64,000 bases of DNA from Oceanococcus sp. GTDB taxonomy: Bacteria; Pseudomonadota; Gammaproteobacteria; Nevskiales; Oceanococcaceae. Below the pieces are notes generated by a model, which was not told the origin of the DNA, ran no database searches, and was given only the letters and a program-made list of their open reading frames with translations. The stretch spans positions 2,710 through 66,709 of the forward strand of contig JBFJVB010000002.1 in NCBI GenBank assembly GCA_041624435.1. Reading direction: 5' to 3'. The position numbers were made by a program, and so were the translations under genes. Numbering within the stretch: the stretch's first letter is position 1; each line of letters opens with the position of its first letter. Shown in pieces: positions 1 through 9,570 of the stretch.

Positions 1-42
1 GCAGACCTCGGCACCAGACCCGGCCCCGGCAATACGCGACTT

Positions 43-81
43 TGTGGGCATTTATGCCCTCACCCCCCGGATATGCCCCCA
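43..81. repeat. Clustered ATGCCC(C/T/A)CA repeats, probable integrase arm-type sites of a tRNA-targeting element
   Basis: TATGCCCTCA (53-62), TATGCCCCCA (72-81) and inverted TGTGGGCAT (43-51) lie about 110-150 nt beyond the tRNA-Leu 3' end; they resemble TGGGGGCAT-type arm sites of P4-family integrases. Confidence 0.5.
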
Positions 82-121
82 ACGGCCTTGAGATTCAATA
101 GGCCGAGAGACATCAAGGCAC

Positions 122-145
122 AAAAAAGCCCCGTCTAGCGGGGCT
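122..145 (-). terminator. Rho-independent terminator downstream of tRNA-Leu
   Basis: Minus strand AGCCCCG-ctaga-CGGGGCT followed by a T run. Confidence 0.8.
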
Positions 146-191
146 CTTCGTGGTTTCCCGGGACTTCGTGCACTGTCCTGAAACCTAGTTA

Positions 192-276
192 TGGTGCCGG
201 CGATGAGACTCGAACTCATACGGCTTTCGCCACTACCCCCTCAAGATAGCGTGTCTACCAATTCCACCACGTCGGC
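192..276 (-). tRNA. tRNA-Leu (anticodon GAG)
   Basis: Reverse complement GCCGACGTGGTGGAATTGGTAGACACGCTATCTTGAGGGGGTAG...GTTCGAGTC...GGCACCA; long variable arm, CCA end, conserved position after secG. Confidence 0.97.
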
Positions 277-300
277 ATAACTACAAGTGAAACGCCTGAA

Positions 301-642
301 TTATTCAGGCACTTCGGAAGGTGGCACCTGCTGCGTCGTGGCTTCGACGGCCGGCACCGGATTCGCCGCCGGTTCGACCAATCCCTGAGTAATACTTTGA
401 CGTTCGCTGGTGCCACGCGCAACCAGGATCGCCAGAACCAGGCTGGTAATGAAAAACAGAGTCGCCAGTCCGGCGGTGCTGCGGCTCAGGAAACTGGCCG
501 CGCCGCGCGCACCAAACACGGTGCCCGATGAACCGCTGCCGAAGGCCGCGCCCGCATCCGCACCTTTACCGTGCTGAAGCAGGATCAATGCGATCACGCT
601 TACCGCCAGTACCACCTGAACCACAACCAAAACTGTATACAT
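301..642 (-). CDS. secG: Preprotein translocase subunit SecG
   Basis: LLQHGKGADAGAAFGSGSSGTVFGARG motif, two TM segments; start trimmed to ATG at 642; tpiA-secG-tRNA-Leu synteny. Confidence 0.96.
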   Translation of the reverse strand: MYTVLVVVQVVLAVSVIALILLQHGKGADAGAAFGSGSSGTVFGARGAASFLSRSTAGLATLFFITSLVLAILVARGTSERQSITQGLVEPAANPVPAVEATTQQVPPSEVPE

Positions 643-664
643 GTTAATTACTTGTCTGAAAAAT

Positions 665-1429
665 TCACGCCGACGCCTGGGCCGCGCGACAAATGTCCAA
701 AAAGGCTTCGGCATCCAGGGCCGCACCACCGATCAGACCACCATCGATATCGGCCTGGGAGAACAATTCCGCGGCATTATCGGGTTTGACGCTGCCGCCA
801 TAAAGGATGCGCAGGCAATCCGCAATTTTAGCATCTTTTTCGGCCACCGCACCACGTAATATCTGATGAACCTGCTGCGCCTGCTCCGGAGTTGCGGTCC
901 GCCCGGTGCCGATGGCCCATACCGGCTCGTAGGCGAGGATGGCCTGTTGCAGCGCTGCGACCCCACAGCGCTCCAGCACTGCGGAGAGTTGCGCCAGCAC
1001 CACGGCTTCGGTCTCGCCATCTTCGCGCTGCGCCAGGGTTTCCCCGACACAGATGATCGGCACCAGTCCAGCCGCCTGGGCCCGTTCGACTTTCTCGGCC
1101 ACGCCCTCATCGGACTCCCCAAGCAATCCGCGCCGCTCCGAATGACCAACGATGACGTATTTGCACCCGAACTCGGTGAGCATTCGCCCGCTGATTTCGC
1201 CAGTGTAGGCGCCGCTGTCAGCCCAGGAACTGAGGTTCTGGGCACCCAGCGCCAGTCCGGTGCCGGCCACAACCGCACTCACCGCAGGCAGATACACGTA
1301 AGGCGGACACACCACAACATCCGGTCCATCCGGCAGGGCCTGGGCAATCTGTCCGGCCAGTTCACCGACCTGGCTCAGACTGCCGTGCATCTTCCAATTT
1401 CCCGCTACGCAATATGTTCTCTGGCTCAA
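665..1429 (-). CDS. tpiA: Triosephosphate isomerase
   Basis: [36 protein letters not shown] motifs. Confidence 0.98.
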   Translation of the reverse strand: MSQRTYCVAGNWKMHGSLSQVGELAGQIAQALPDGPDVVVCPPYVYLPAVSAVVAGTGLALGAQNLSSWADSGAYTGEISGRMLTEFGCKYVIVGHSERRGLLGESDEGVAEKVERAQAAGLVPIICVGETLAQREDGETEAVVLAQLSAVLERCGVAALQQAILAYEPVWAIGTGRTATPEQAQQVHQILRGAVAEKDAKIADCLRILYGGSVKPDNAAELFSQADIDGGLIGGAALDAEAFLDICRAAQASA

Positions 1430-2778
1430 GACATTCCCCCCGTTAGCTGTTTGACCACGGCCGCCAGATTATTGACGACCGCCTGAATCTGACTTGCATC
1501 CTGCCCTTCTGCCATGACCCGAATCAAGGGTTCGGTTCCGGAAGGGCGCAGCAGCACACGGCCTGCGCTGCCCAGTTCGGCCTCCAGCGATCGCAGCATC
1601 GACTGCACCGAGGCATCTTCCATCACCGCTGCGGCGGCCGCTCCCGCAGGCAGTCGCACATTGATCATTTGCTGCGGGTATTTTTCCACTCCGGCCAGTA
1701 AATCACGCAGGGACAGGCCGGTGCGTGACATTTCGCACAGCACCTGCAAAGCGGCCACGCTACCGTCTCCGGTGGTGCTGCGATCCAGGCAGATCAAATG
1801 CCCGGAGGATTCCCCCCCAAGCGAGGCGCCGTGCTCCTGCATCATGCTCAGGACGTAGCGATCGCCGACCGGTGCCCGCAGGAATTCGATCCCCCCGCGC
1901 TGCAAGGCGTTTTCGACACCGAGATTGCTCATCAGCGTACCCACCACCGGGCCGTGCAGGCGCTGCCGGGCCTGGCGGGCCCGGGCGATGATGTAGAGAA
2001 TCTCGTCGCCATCGACCACCCGCCCCTGATCATCGACCATGATGCAGCGGTCCGCATCGCCATCCAGGGCGATGCCCAGATCCGCGGCTTCATCCACGAC
2101 CGCTTCCTGCAAGGCCGCGGGATGAGTCGACCCGCATTCGGTATTGATATTCAATCCGTCGGGAGCCGCGCCGATGAGCCGCACGTCCGCGCCCAGTTCC
2201 CTCAGCACATGGGGGGTGACGTGGTAAGCCGCTCCATGGGCGCAATCCAGCACCAGGCGAAAACCCTGGAGCGACTGTCCCCGGAAGGTGGACTTGCAGA
2301 ATTCCACATAGCGTCCTGCCGCATCGTCCACGCGCCGCGCCTTACCAAACTGGGCCGGCTCCACGCAGGTTTGCGGCGCATCCAGCTCCGCCTCGATGGC
2401 CGCTTCCAGCTCGTCGGACAACTTGTATCCATCGCCACCGAACAGTTTGATCCCATTGTCGTGAAAAGGATTGTGCGAAGCACTGATCACGACGCCCAGT
2501 TGCGCCCGAAAAGTCTGGGTCAGATAGGCCACGGCCGGCGTCGGCATGGGACCCAGCAACAACACATCGGCGCCGCTCGCGGACAGCCCCGCCTCCAGGG
2601 CCGATTCCAGCATGTAACCCGACAGGCGGGTGTCCTTGCCGATCACCACCTTCGGACGGGATGTCTGCCGCCGCAAGGTCTTGCCCAAGGACATGCCCAG
2701 CTGCATCACGAATTGCGGGGTCATCGGCGCATCGCCGACCCGACCGCGAATTCCGTCGGTTCCAAAATACTTTTTCAT
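1426..2778 (-). CDS. glmM: Phosphoglucosamine mutase
   Basis: [30 protein letters not shown] motifs. Confidence 0.98.
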   Translation of the reverse strand: MKKYFGTDGIRGRVGDAPMTPQFVMQLGMSLGKTLRRQTSRPKVVIGKDTRLSGYMLESALEAGLSASGADVLLLGPMPTPAVAYLTQTFRAQLGVVISASHNPFHDNGIKLFGGDGYKLSDELEAAIEAELDAPQTCVEPAQFGKARRVDDAAGRYVEFCKSTFRGQSLQGFRLVLDCAHGAAYHVTPHVLRELGADVRLIGAAPDGLNINTECGSTHPAALQEAVVDEAADLGIALDGDADRCIMVDDQGRVVDGDEILYIIARARQARQRLHGPVVGTLMSNLGVENALQRGGIEFLRAPVGDRYVLSMMQEHGASLGGESSGHLICLDRSTTGDGSVAALQVLCEMSRTGLSLRDLLAGVEKYPQQMINVRLPAGAAAAAVMEDASVQSMLRSLEAELGSAGRVLLRPSGTEPLIRVMAEGQDASQIQAVVNNLAAVVKQLTGGMS

Positions 2779-2797
2779 GGTTTGCTATGTGTGCACT

Positions 2798-3649
2798 TCA
2801 GTGAGCGGTCCGGATTGCTGTCCATAGCCGCAAGGCTTCGGCGGTTTCACCGACATCGTGAACCCGAAGTATTGCAGCCCCGGACTGCGCCGCCAATAGC
2901 GCGGCCTGAACACTGGCCGCGACCCGCTCGTGGGCGGGACGCTCGCCCAGGAGCTGGGCAAACAGGGACTTGCGTGACACGCCGATCAGAACGCGTTCAA
3001 ACACAGTGACCAGTTCGGGTATCGCTTTGAGCAGACTGAGGTTGTGCGCAAGGCTTTTGCCAAAACCGATACCCGGGTCAAACACCAGTTGCTGCGCTGC
3101 CACGCCGCAATTCACCAGCGCGTTGCGCCGGGATTGCAGAAATGCGCTGACTTCGGCCACCACATCGCCGTACTCCGGCGCCGTCTGCATCGAGCGCGGC
3201 GTACCCTGCATGTGCATCAGCACATAACCCAGTTGTGGCCATTGGGCGGCACAGTCCAACGCCCCATCGGCCTGCAGCGCCTGGACATCATTGATGATGC
3301 TGGCGCCAGCCGCGGCGGCCGCATGCATCACCGCTGGCTTGCTGGTATCGACGGAAATCGGAATTGGCAGGCTTGTGGCCAGGGCCTCCACGACCGGAAT
3401 GACCCGCGCCAGCTCTTCCTCCACGGCCACTGGCGCCGCTCCCGGGCGGGTCGACTCGCCGCCCACGTCGATGATGTGCGCACCCTGCGCATGCATGTCG
3501 CGGGCGCGCCGGAGTGCGGCGGGCTGCGCGAGGTACTGGCCGCCATCAGAGAAGGAATCCGGTGTGAGATTCAGCACGCCCATGATCAATGGACGCCCCA
3601 ATGGCAAGACGAAGTTTCCGCAGCACCATTGCGGTGCGCCAGAAGGCAT
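2798..3649 (-). CDS. folP: Dihydropteroate synthase
   Basis: MGVLNLTPDSFSDGG, GGESTRPG, DPGIGFGK, GVSRKS, LRVHDV. Confidence 0.97.
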   Translation of the reverse strand: MPSGAPQWCCGNFVLPLGRPLIMGVLNLTPDSFSDGGQYLAQPAALRRARDMHAQGAHIIDVGGESTRPGAAPVAVEEELARVIPVVEALATSLPIPISVDTSKPAVMHAAAAAGASIINDVQALQADGALDCAAQWPQLGYVLMHMQGTPRSMQTAPEYGDVVAEVSAFLQSRRNALVNCGVAAQQLVFDPGIGFGKSLAHNLSLLKAIPELVTVFERVLIGVSRKSLFAQLLGERPAHERVAASVQAALLAAQSGAAILRVHDVGETAEALRLWTAIRTAH

Positions 3650-3689
3650 TAGCCGCGCGCGCTGACCTGCGGAGCGCAGGCGTGCAGCG

Positions 3690-4028
3690 TCAGTCTGATT
3701 CCGCGGGCGTGGCGCGGCTGGCCGCTTCCAGCACCATCGCTTTCAGCTCGCCGGATTGATGCAGATCCATGGTGATGTCACATCCACCGATGAGTTCCCC
3801 ATTGATGTACAGCTGCGGGAAGGTTGGCCAGTTCGCGTACTGCGGCAGGGCCTGATAGATATCCTGATCTTCGTAAATATTCACGTAGGCGAACTCGGCG
3901 CCGCATTCACCCAGAGCCTGGGATGCGCGAGCCGAAAAGCCACATTGAGGAAAATCGGGCGTGCCCTTCATAAAGATTATGACCGGGTTATCCTGAATCG
4001 CTTTGCGAATTCTTTCCATTGCGTCCAT
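3690..4028 (-). CDS. grxD: Monothiol glutaredoxin Grx4
   Basis: FMKGTP..PQCGFS, WPTFPQLY, GGCD. Confidence 0.96.
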   Translation of the reverse strand: MDAMERIRKAIQDNPVIIFMKGTPDFPQCGFSARASQALGECGAEFAYVNIYEDQDIYQALPQYANWPTFPQLYINGELIGGCDITMDLHQSGELKAMVLEAASRATPAESD

Positions 4029-4275
4029 CAGTTTTCCTCCTGGATGCGCGGGGACAGGTCGAATCCTGCCCTGAAGGGCGCCGGAGTATAACGAAACATT
4101 GAAATAAAGATAGTCATTGACAAATCCGCCCTAACAGCGTCCGGCAAACCCATGATCGGCGTGGAGAGCCTCCTTGATCGGAACAAAAGCACTGACAAAA
4201 GCCTAAGACTCTTGCTACGCTTGGGGGTTCAATCTCTCATCAATCGTCTTTGCCACAGGCAAAAGGGACACTATC

Positions 4276-4851
4276 ATGGCTTTCACGCTTCCTGAACTTC
4301 CGTACGCGCGCGACGCCTTGGAACCACACATGTCCAAGGAAACGCTGGATTTCCATTATGGCAAGCACCATCAGACGTACGTCGACAAGGCCAATGGCCT
4401 GGTGGCCGGCACGGACAATGAAAACCGCTCCCTGGAAGAACTGATCAAAACCAGCTCCGGCGGCCTGTTCAACAACGTGGCCCAGATCTGGAACCACAGC
4501 TTTTTCTGGAACTGCCTGAGCCCCAACCCGACCACGCCCAGTGCGGAACTCACCGCAGCGCTGACCGCCAGCTTCGGTTCGGTGGATGCATTCAAGGAGC
4601 AGCTGACCAATTCCGCGATCAACAATTTCGGCTCCGGCTGGACCTGGCTGGTCAAGAACCCGAGCGGCGCACTGGAAATCGTCAACACCTCGAATGCCGG
4701 CAACCCGATGACCGATGGGCACACGCCCCTGCTGACGGTCGATGTCTGGGAGCACGCCTACTACATCGATTATCGCAACGCCCGGCCGAAGTTTCTGGAA
4801 GCGTTCTGGGCGCTGGTCAATTGGGATTTCGTAGCGCAGAATCTGAGCTGA
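4276..4851 (+). CDS. sodB: Fe superoxide dismutase
   Basis: FHYGKHH, FNNVAQIWNHSFFW, DVWEHAYY; Fe-type residue pattern. Confidence 0.95.
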   Translation: MAFTLPELPYARDALEPHMSKETLDFHYGKHHQTYVDKANGLVAGTDNENRSLEELIKTSSGGLFNNVAQIWNHSFFWNCLSPNPTTPSAELTAALTASFGSVDAFKEQLTNSAINNFGSGWTWLVKNPSGALEIVNTSNAGNPMTDGHTPLLTVDVWEHAYYIDYRNARPKFLEAFWALVNWDFVAQNLS

Positions 4852-4874
4852 AGCACTTTTCCTGATGGACACAG

Positions 4875-4908
4875 GTTCGCCCGGGTGACCGGGCGAACTT
4901 TTTTTTTT
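4875..4908 (+). terminator. Rho-independent terminator after sodB
   Basis: GTTCGCCCGG-gtga-CCGGGCGAAC followed by T10. Confidence 0.9.
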
Positions 4909-4911
4909 GCC

Positions 4912-5817
4912 ATGAAAAAACGCGACTTCCTCTCTCTCTTCGACTTCAGTCCGGCCGAGCTCGATGCGCTGATCCAGCGCGCGATTCGGGATAAGCAGGC
5001 CTGGCTGGCTGGCCAGGCTGATGTGCCGCTGCGCGGCAAAACCATGGGGATGATTTTCGAAAAGAGCTCCACGCGTACCCGGGTCTCGTTTGAAGCTGGC
5101 ATGAATCAGCTCGGCGGTCACGCCCTGTTTCTCAGCCCGCGCGACACTCAGCTGGGGCGCGGCGAGCCCATCGAAGACACCGCGCGGGTCCTGTCACGGA
5201 TGGTCGATATCGTGATGATCCGCAATGATTCCCAGGCCGCTCAAGAACGTTTCGCGGCCTGCAGTCTGGTCCCGGTCATCAACGGCCTGAGTGAACGGGC
5301 TCACCCCTGCCAGTTGCTGGCTGACGTGATGACCTATGTGGAAGAGCGCGGCTCGATCAAGGATCGCACCGTGGCCTGGATCGGCGACGGCAACAATATG
5401 TGCAATTCCTATATCGCAGCAGCCAGCCAGTTCGGGTTCAAACTGCGCATCGCCTGCCCGGCGGCCTTTGCGCCAGACCCCGGCCTGATCGCGCGCGCAG
5501 GCGACGCGGTCAGCCTGACTGACGATCCACGGGCCGCCGCGCAAGGAGCCGACATGCTGGTGACGGACGTCTGGGCCAGCATGGGTCAGGAATCCGACCA
5601 GGCGCAGCGCGCCGCGGCGTTCAAGAATTACCAGGTCACCGAGGATTTGCTGCGGCTGGCGGCACCCGACGCCCTGTTCATGCACTGCCTGCCAGCCCAT
5701 CGCGGCGAGGAAGTGAGCGCCGGTGTGATTGATGGCCCGCAAAGCGTGGTCTGGGACGAGGCCGGCAATCGCCTGCATGCCCAGAAGGCCCTGATTCTCA
5801 GCCTGCTCAACATCTGA
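4912..5817 (+). CDS. argF: Ornithine carbamoyltransferase
   Basis: [22 protein letters not shown] motifs; ATG at 4912 preferred over GTG at 4885. Confidence 0.95.
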   Translation: MKKRDFLSLFDFSPAELDALIQRAIRDKQAWLAGQADVPLRGKTMGMIFEKSSTRTRVSFEAGMNQLGGHALFLSPRDTQLGRGEPIEDTARVLSRMVDIVMIRNDSQAAQERFAACSLVPVINGLSERAHPCQLLADVMTYVEERGSIKDRTVAWIGDGNNMCNSYIAAASQFGFKLRIACPAAFAPDPGLIARAGDAVSLTDDPRAAAQGADMLVTDVWASMGQESDQAQRAAAFKNYQVTEDLLRLAAPDALFMHCLPAHRGEEVSAGVIDGPQSVVWDEAGNRLHAQKALILSLLNI

Positions 5818-5881
5818 ACCGCGCGGCCACTACAATGCCGCTCTGAGTGAGCTTCGTCCCCCCGACCGCAACGCGCAAACC

Positions 5882-6754
5882 ATGCCCCCAAAAATCAATC
5901 CGCCGCTTAAAACAATCGCTATGAATGTCGCCCTGGCGCTGCGTGAGGATATCGGCAGCGGCGATGTCAGCGCGACGCTGATTCCCGGCGATGCGCGGGT
6001 AAGCGCAACCTTGATCGCGCGCGAATCGGCGGTGCTGTGCGGCCAGGATTGGCTGAACGAAACCTTCAAGCAGCTCGACGAACGGGTGCAGGTGAGATGG
6101 CTGGTGGCCGAAGGGAGCTATGTGGCGCCAGACAAGCCGCTGTGCGAGATCAGCGGCCCGGCGATCCCGATTCTCAGCGGTGAACGCACCGCCCTGAATT
6201 TTGTCCAGCTGTTTTCCGGGGTCGCGACGGCAACACGGCGCTACGTGGAGCGTGTCAAGGGCACCAATGCGCGCATTCTGGATACCCGCAAGACCCTGCC
6301 CGGCCTGCGTTCCGGGCAAAAATACGCGGTCGCCTGCGGTGGCGGCATGCCGCATCGGATGGGTCTGTACGACGCGGTCATGATCAAGGAAAACCACATC
6401 GCTGTGGCCGGCTCAATCAGCGCCGCAGTGGATCGCGCGCGCGCCAATCTCAAAACGGCCCTGCCGATCATCGTCGAAGCGGAGAACCTGCAGCAGGCTG
6501 AGGAAGCTCTGGGCAAGGCCGTGGACGTGTTGCTGCTGGATAATTTCCCCACGCACCTGCTGGCCAAGGCCGTCAATCTTGGCCGGACCCAACGGCGCTA
6601 CAACCGTGGTAACACGCAGCTCGAAGCCTCGGGCGGCATCAGCCTCGAGAATGTGCGCGAAATCGCCGATACCGGCGTCGACCGCATTTCCATTGGCGGA
6701 CTGACCAAGAACATCAGCGCGATCGATCTGTCCCTGCGCGTCAACGGTAGTTAA
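5882..6754 (+). CDS. nadC: Nicotinate-nucleotide diphosphorylase (carboxylating)
   Basis: ERTALN, DTRKTLPG, HRMGLYD, IKENH, LLDN, EASGG. Confidence 0.96.
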   Translation: MPPKINPPLKTIAMNVALALREDIGSGDVSATLIPGDARVSATLIARESAVLCGQDWLNETFKQLDERVQVRWLVAEGSYVAPDKPLCEISGPAIPILSGERTALNFVQLFSGVATATRRYVERVKGTNARILDTRKTLPGLRSGQKYAVACGGGMPHRMGLYDAVMIKENHIAVAGSISAAVDRARANLKTALPIIVEAENLQQAEEALGKAVDVLLLDNFPTHLLAKAVNLGRTQRRYNRGNTQLEASGGISLENVREIADTGVDRISIGGLTKNISAIDLSLRVNGS

Positions 6755-6778
6755 ACCACCGCGCCTGACCCGCCAGAC

Positions 6779-7975
6779 TCAGGCCGCGTCGCGCGCCGCA
6801 CGCATGGCGGCAAAGCCGGATTCAAGATCCGCGAGCAGATCGCGCGGATCTTCCAGACCGGCGTGAAAGCGCAGGTAGGTTCCACCGCCCGGCGCTGACT
6901 GCGCCGCGCGCGATCCGCTCAGCTCGAACGGCAGGCACAGACTTTCGAAACCGCCCCAGGAATACCCCAGGCCGAACAGCCGCAGGGTATCGATCAGGGC
7001 CGCCAGGGCGTGATCGTCCAGGCGCTCGAGCTCGATCGAAAACAGCCCGTTGCCGCCGTGAAAATCGCGTTGCCACAGTGCGTGCTGAGGATCCCCGGGA
7101 TGACTGGGATCCAGCACCCGGAGCACTTCCGGCTGCTTCAGCAACCAGTCTTTGAGTTGCTCCGCATGAACGACGTGCTGGCGCAGGCGGATATCCAGGC
7201 TGCGCAGGCCGCGCAAGACCAGCCACGCATCATCCGGGCTGACGCAGTAACCGAAAGACTGCGCATTGCGGCGCACCCGGTCCAGCACCGACTCCGCGCA
7301 CAGGGCCACACCCAGCATCAAATCGGCGTGGCCTCCCAGGTACTTGGTGCCGGCCTGAATATCAACGGCAACGCCCATCGGCAGCACCGCGCAGTGCCAG
7401 GGCGTCGCCCAGGTGTTGTCGACCACGACCGGCACATCGCGCTCGGCGGCCACGGCGCAGATCGCCGGCAAATCCTGCAGTTCCATCGTCAGGGAACCGG
7501 GCGATTCACAGAAAATCAACCGGGTGCGTGGCTCAATGAAGGCACCGATCTTGGCGCCCACATCCGGAGCAAAATAGCGCACCGTGATACCCATCCGGGC
7601 CAGTTGCTGATCGCAGAAATTACGGGTCGGGCCGTAGACACAGTCCGCCACCAGCACCTCATCGCCGGTGGACAGAAAGCTCAGCATGACGCCGGCGATT
7701 GCGCCCAGACCCGAAGGGAAAAACACGCTCCCGGCGGCGCCGGACATCTCCTCGAGCGCTTCCGCCAGGGCGGCATGGGTCGGAGTGCCGAAACGGCCAT
7801 AGTAAAATTGCTCGAAGGGTCGCGCGCTGGCCTCGCGCAAATGGCGTAAGCTTTCAAACAGGACCGTGGAGGCCCGGAAGACCGGCGGGTTGACCGCTCC
7901 AGCGTACTGGCTCGGCGTACTGCCGGCATGGCGCAAGCCGGTTCGGGCGCGCCGCGGAGGAATTGGTTTTTTCAT
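6779..7975 (-). CDS. metC: Cystathionine beta-lyase
   Basis: VNPPVFRAST, YGRFGTPT, DNTWA, TKYLGGHAD (PLP lysine), SWGGFESL; start trimmed to 7975. Confidence 0.88.
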   Translation of the reverse strand: MKKPIPPRRARTGLRHAGSTPSQYAGAVNPPVFRASTVLFESLRHLREASARPFEQFYYGRFGTPTHAALAEALEEMSGAAGSVFFPSGLGAIAGVMLSFLSTGDEVLVADCVYGPTRNFCDQQLARMGITVRYFAPDVGAKIGAFIEPRTRLIFCESPGSLTMELQDLPAICAVAAERDVPVVVDNTWATPWHCAVLPMGVAVDIQAGTKYLGGHADLMLGVALCAESVLDRVRRNAQSFGYCVSPDDAWLVLRGLRSLDIRLRQHVVHAEQLKDWLLKQPEVLRVLDPSHPGDPQHALWQRDFHGGNGLFSIELERLDDHALAALIDTLRLFGLGYSWGGFESLCLPFELSGSRAAQSAPGGGTYLRFHAGLEDPRDLLADLESGFAAMRAARDAA

Positions 7976-7992
7976 GGGCAAACTCTGACACC

Positions 7993-8799
7993 ATGGCACT
8001 GACCTGGCTAGACCCCTTGCTGATCGCGGGCGTAGACACCTACTACCGGCTGGTGCCGCGCCCCGCCCCATCGCCGCAGGCCCTGGCCAGGGCGCGGATC
8101 ATCTCCCATCGAGGGGAACGTCAGGCGAGCGACGTGATCGAAAACAGCTTTGCCGCCTTTGACCCCCTGCCGGGTAAGGTTTTTGGCCTGGAATGCGATG
8201 TCCGTTTTACCCGCGATCTGGTGCCGGTGGTGTTTCATGATGCGGATCTGTTGCGCGTTCTGGGGACCCGGGAACGGCTCTGCGACCTGGACTGGGCCAC
8301 CCTGCGGCAACGCTTTCCGCAGATTCCACGTCTGCGCGAACTGCTCGAACGCTATGCCGGACGCATTCATTTCATGATCGAATTCAAGGCCGAGCCACGC
8401 CCTCAGCCGCAGGTGCAGTTGCAGACCCTCCGCCAGGAACTGTCCATCCTGCAACCGCGCCGCGATTTACATGCACTTTCCCTGGATACCGCCACCCTGG
8501 ACTGGCTTCGCCCCGCCTTTGGCGAGTGCCTGGTCGCAATCGCTCGCAGCAATGTGGAACAGATGAGTCGTTACGCTCTGGTCCACCGCTGCGCCGCGCT
8601 CACCGGCCATTACGCCCTGCTCAGTCGCAACGTGGTGCAACGCCATCACGGCGCCAGGCAGAACATCGGCGTCGGGTTTCCCACCTGTCGCAACAGCCTG
8701 CGTTTTGCCCTGAGCCAGGGCACGCAGTGGGTGTTCAGCAACGATGCGCTGAAGCTTCAGAACTTGCTGGAGCGGGAGAAGAATCTCAGCAAGGCCTGA
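7993..8799 (+). CDS. Glycerophosphodiester phosphodiesterase family protein
   Basis: ISHRG, ENS..AF, ECDVR, VVFHD, IEFK motifs. Confidence 0.85.
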   Translation: MALTWLDPLLIAGVDTYYRLVPRPAPSPQALARARIISHRGERQASDVIENSFAAFDPLPGKVFGLECDVRFTRDLVPVVFHDADLLRVLGTRERLCDLDWATLRQRFPQIPRLRELLERYAGRIHFMIEFKAEPRPQPQVQLQTLRQELSILQPRRDLHALSLDTATLDWLRPAFGECLVAIARSNVEQMSRYALVHRCAALTGHYALLSRNVVQRHHGARQNIGVGFPTCRNSLRFALSQGTQWVFSNDALKLQNLLEREKNLSKA

Positions 8800-9545
8800 G
8801 TCACCGCTTCAGGCCGCTCCATCGGCAAGCCGTGACGCGTGCCGGGCACGATGAGCAATTTGCTGGCGGGCAGGCCCTGCATCGCGGACTCGATGTCCTC
8901 CAGCCGGAAATAATCCTCCTCGGCAGCGATGATCAAGACCGGGCAGGCAATCCGGCCCAGCTGCGAGCGAATATCCCAGCCCGCCAAAGCCGCCAGCACT
9001 TTCCGATACACCTCGACATCGTTATCCGCATAACGGGGCAACATGATGGCGGCCAGCTCGGGCCGGTGTCCGAACAGGCTTTCGGTTACCCGCTGGGCCA
9101 TATGCTGCATGCCGAGCACCCGGCTCAGCACATGCCGCAACCAGAACTGCCAGTGGTCGTACAGCCGCTGGGGGACAAAACACGGCACGCTGCTGATGAT
9201 GGCCAGACTGGACCAGCGCTGCGGCTCATCCACCGCCATCTGATAGGCGACGGCCCCACCCATGGAATAGCCCACCAGATGCGCGCAATCAATTCGCAGG
9301 TGTTCAAGCAAGGCGCGGACATCGCTGGCCATGGCAACCGGACCATAGCCCTGGGGCGGCTGCCCCGAGCGGCCGAAGCCGAAAAAATCCGGCCGCACCA
9401 CCCGATAGCCCGCGTCCAGCAGTGCCGGGCTCTGAAACTCCCAGTCGCGCCCGCTATTGCCCAGGCCGTGCAGCAACAGCACCACCGGCCCCTGGCCTTC
9501 ATCGACAAAATGCAGGGGGAAGCCGCGAATCTCGCAAGTCGACAT
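8757..9545 (-). CDS. Alpha/beta hydrolase
   Basis: LLLHGLG, GYSMGG nucleophile elbow, C-terminal His; 3' end overlaps the convergent GDPD gene by 43 nt. Confidence 0.85.
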   Translation of the reverse strand: MSTCEIRGFPLHFVDEGQGPVVLLLHGLGNSGRDWEFQSPALLDAGYRVVRPDFFGFGRSGQPPQGYGPVAMASDVRALLEHLRIDCAHLVGYSMGGAVAYQMAVDEPQRWSSLAIISSVPCFVPQRLYDHWQFWLRHVLSRVLGMQHMAQRVTESLFGHRPELAAIMLPRYADNDVEVYRKVLAALAGWDIRSQLGRIACPVLIIAAEEDYFRLEDIESAMQGLPASKLLIVPGTRHGLPMERPEAVTQALLRFFSRSSKF

Positions 9546-9570
9546 CAGGTCTTAAGCGACAGTCGAAAGC

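Noticed and set aside
7-16. CTCGGCACCA resembling a tRNA 3' end or att duplicate
   Set aside because: It is in the opposite orientation to the tRNA, matches only 8 nt, and has no T-loop; likely chance
8757-8799. 43-nt convergent overlap between the GDPD and hydrolase genes
   Set aside because: Short tail-to-tail overlaps are common; no sign of functional significance
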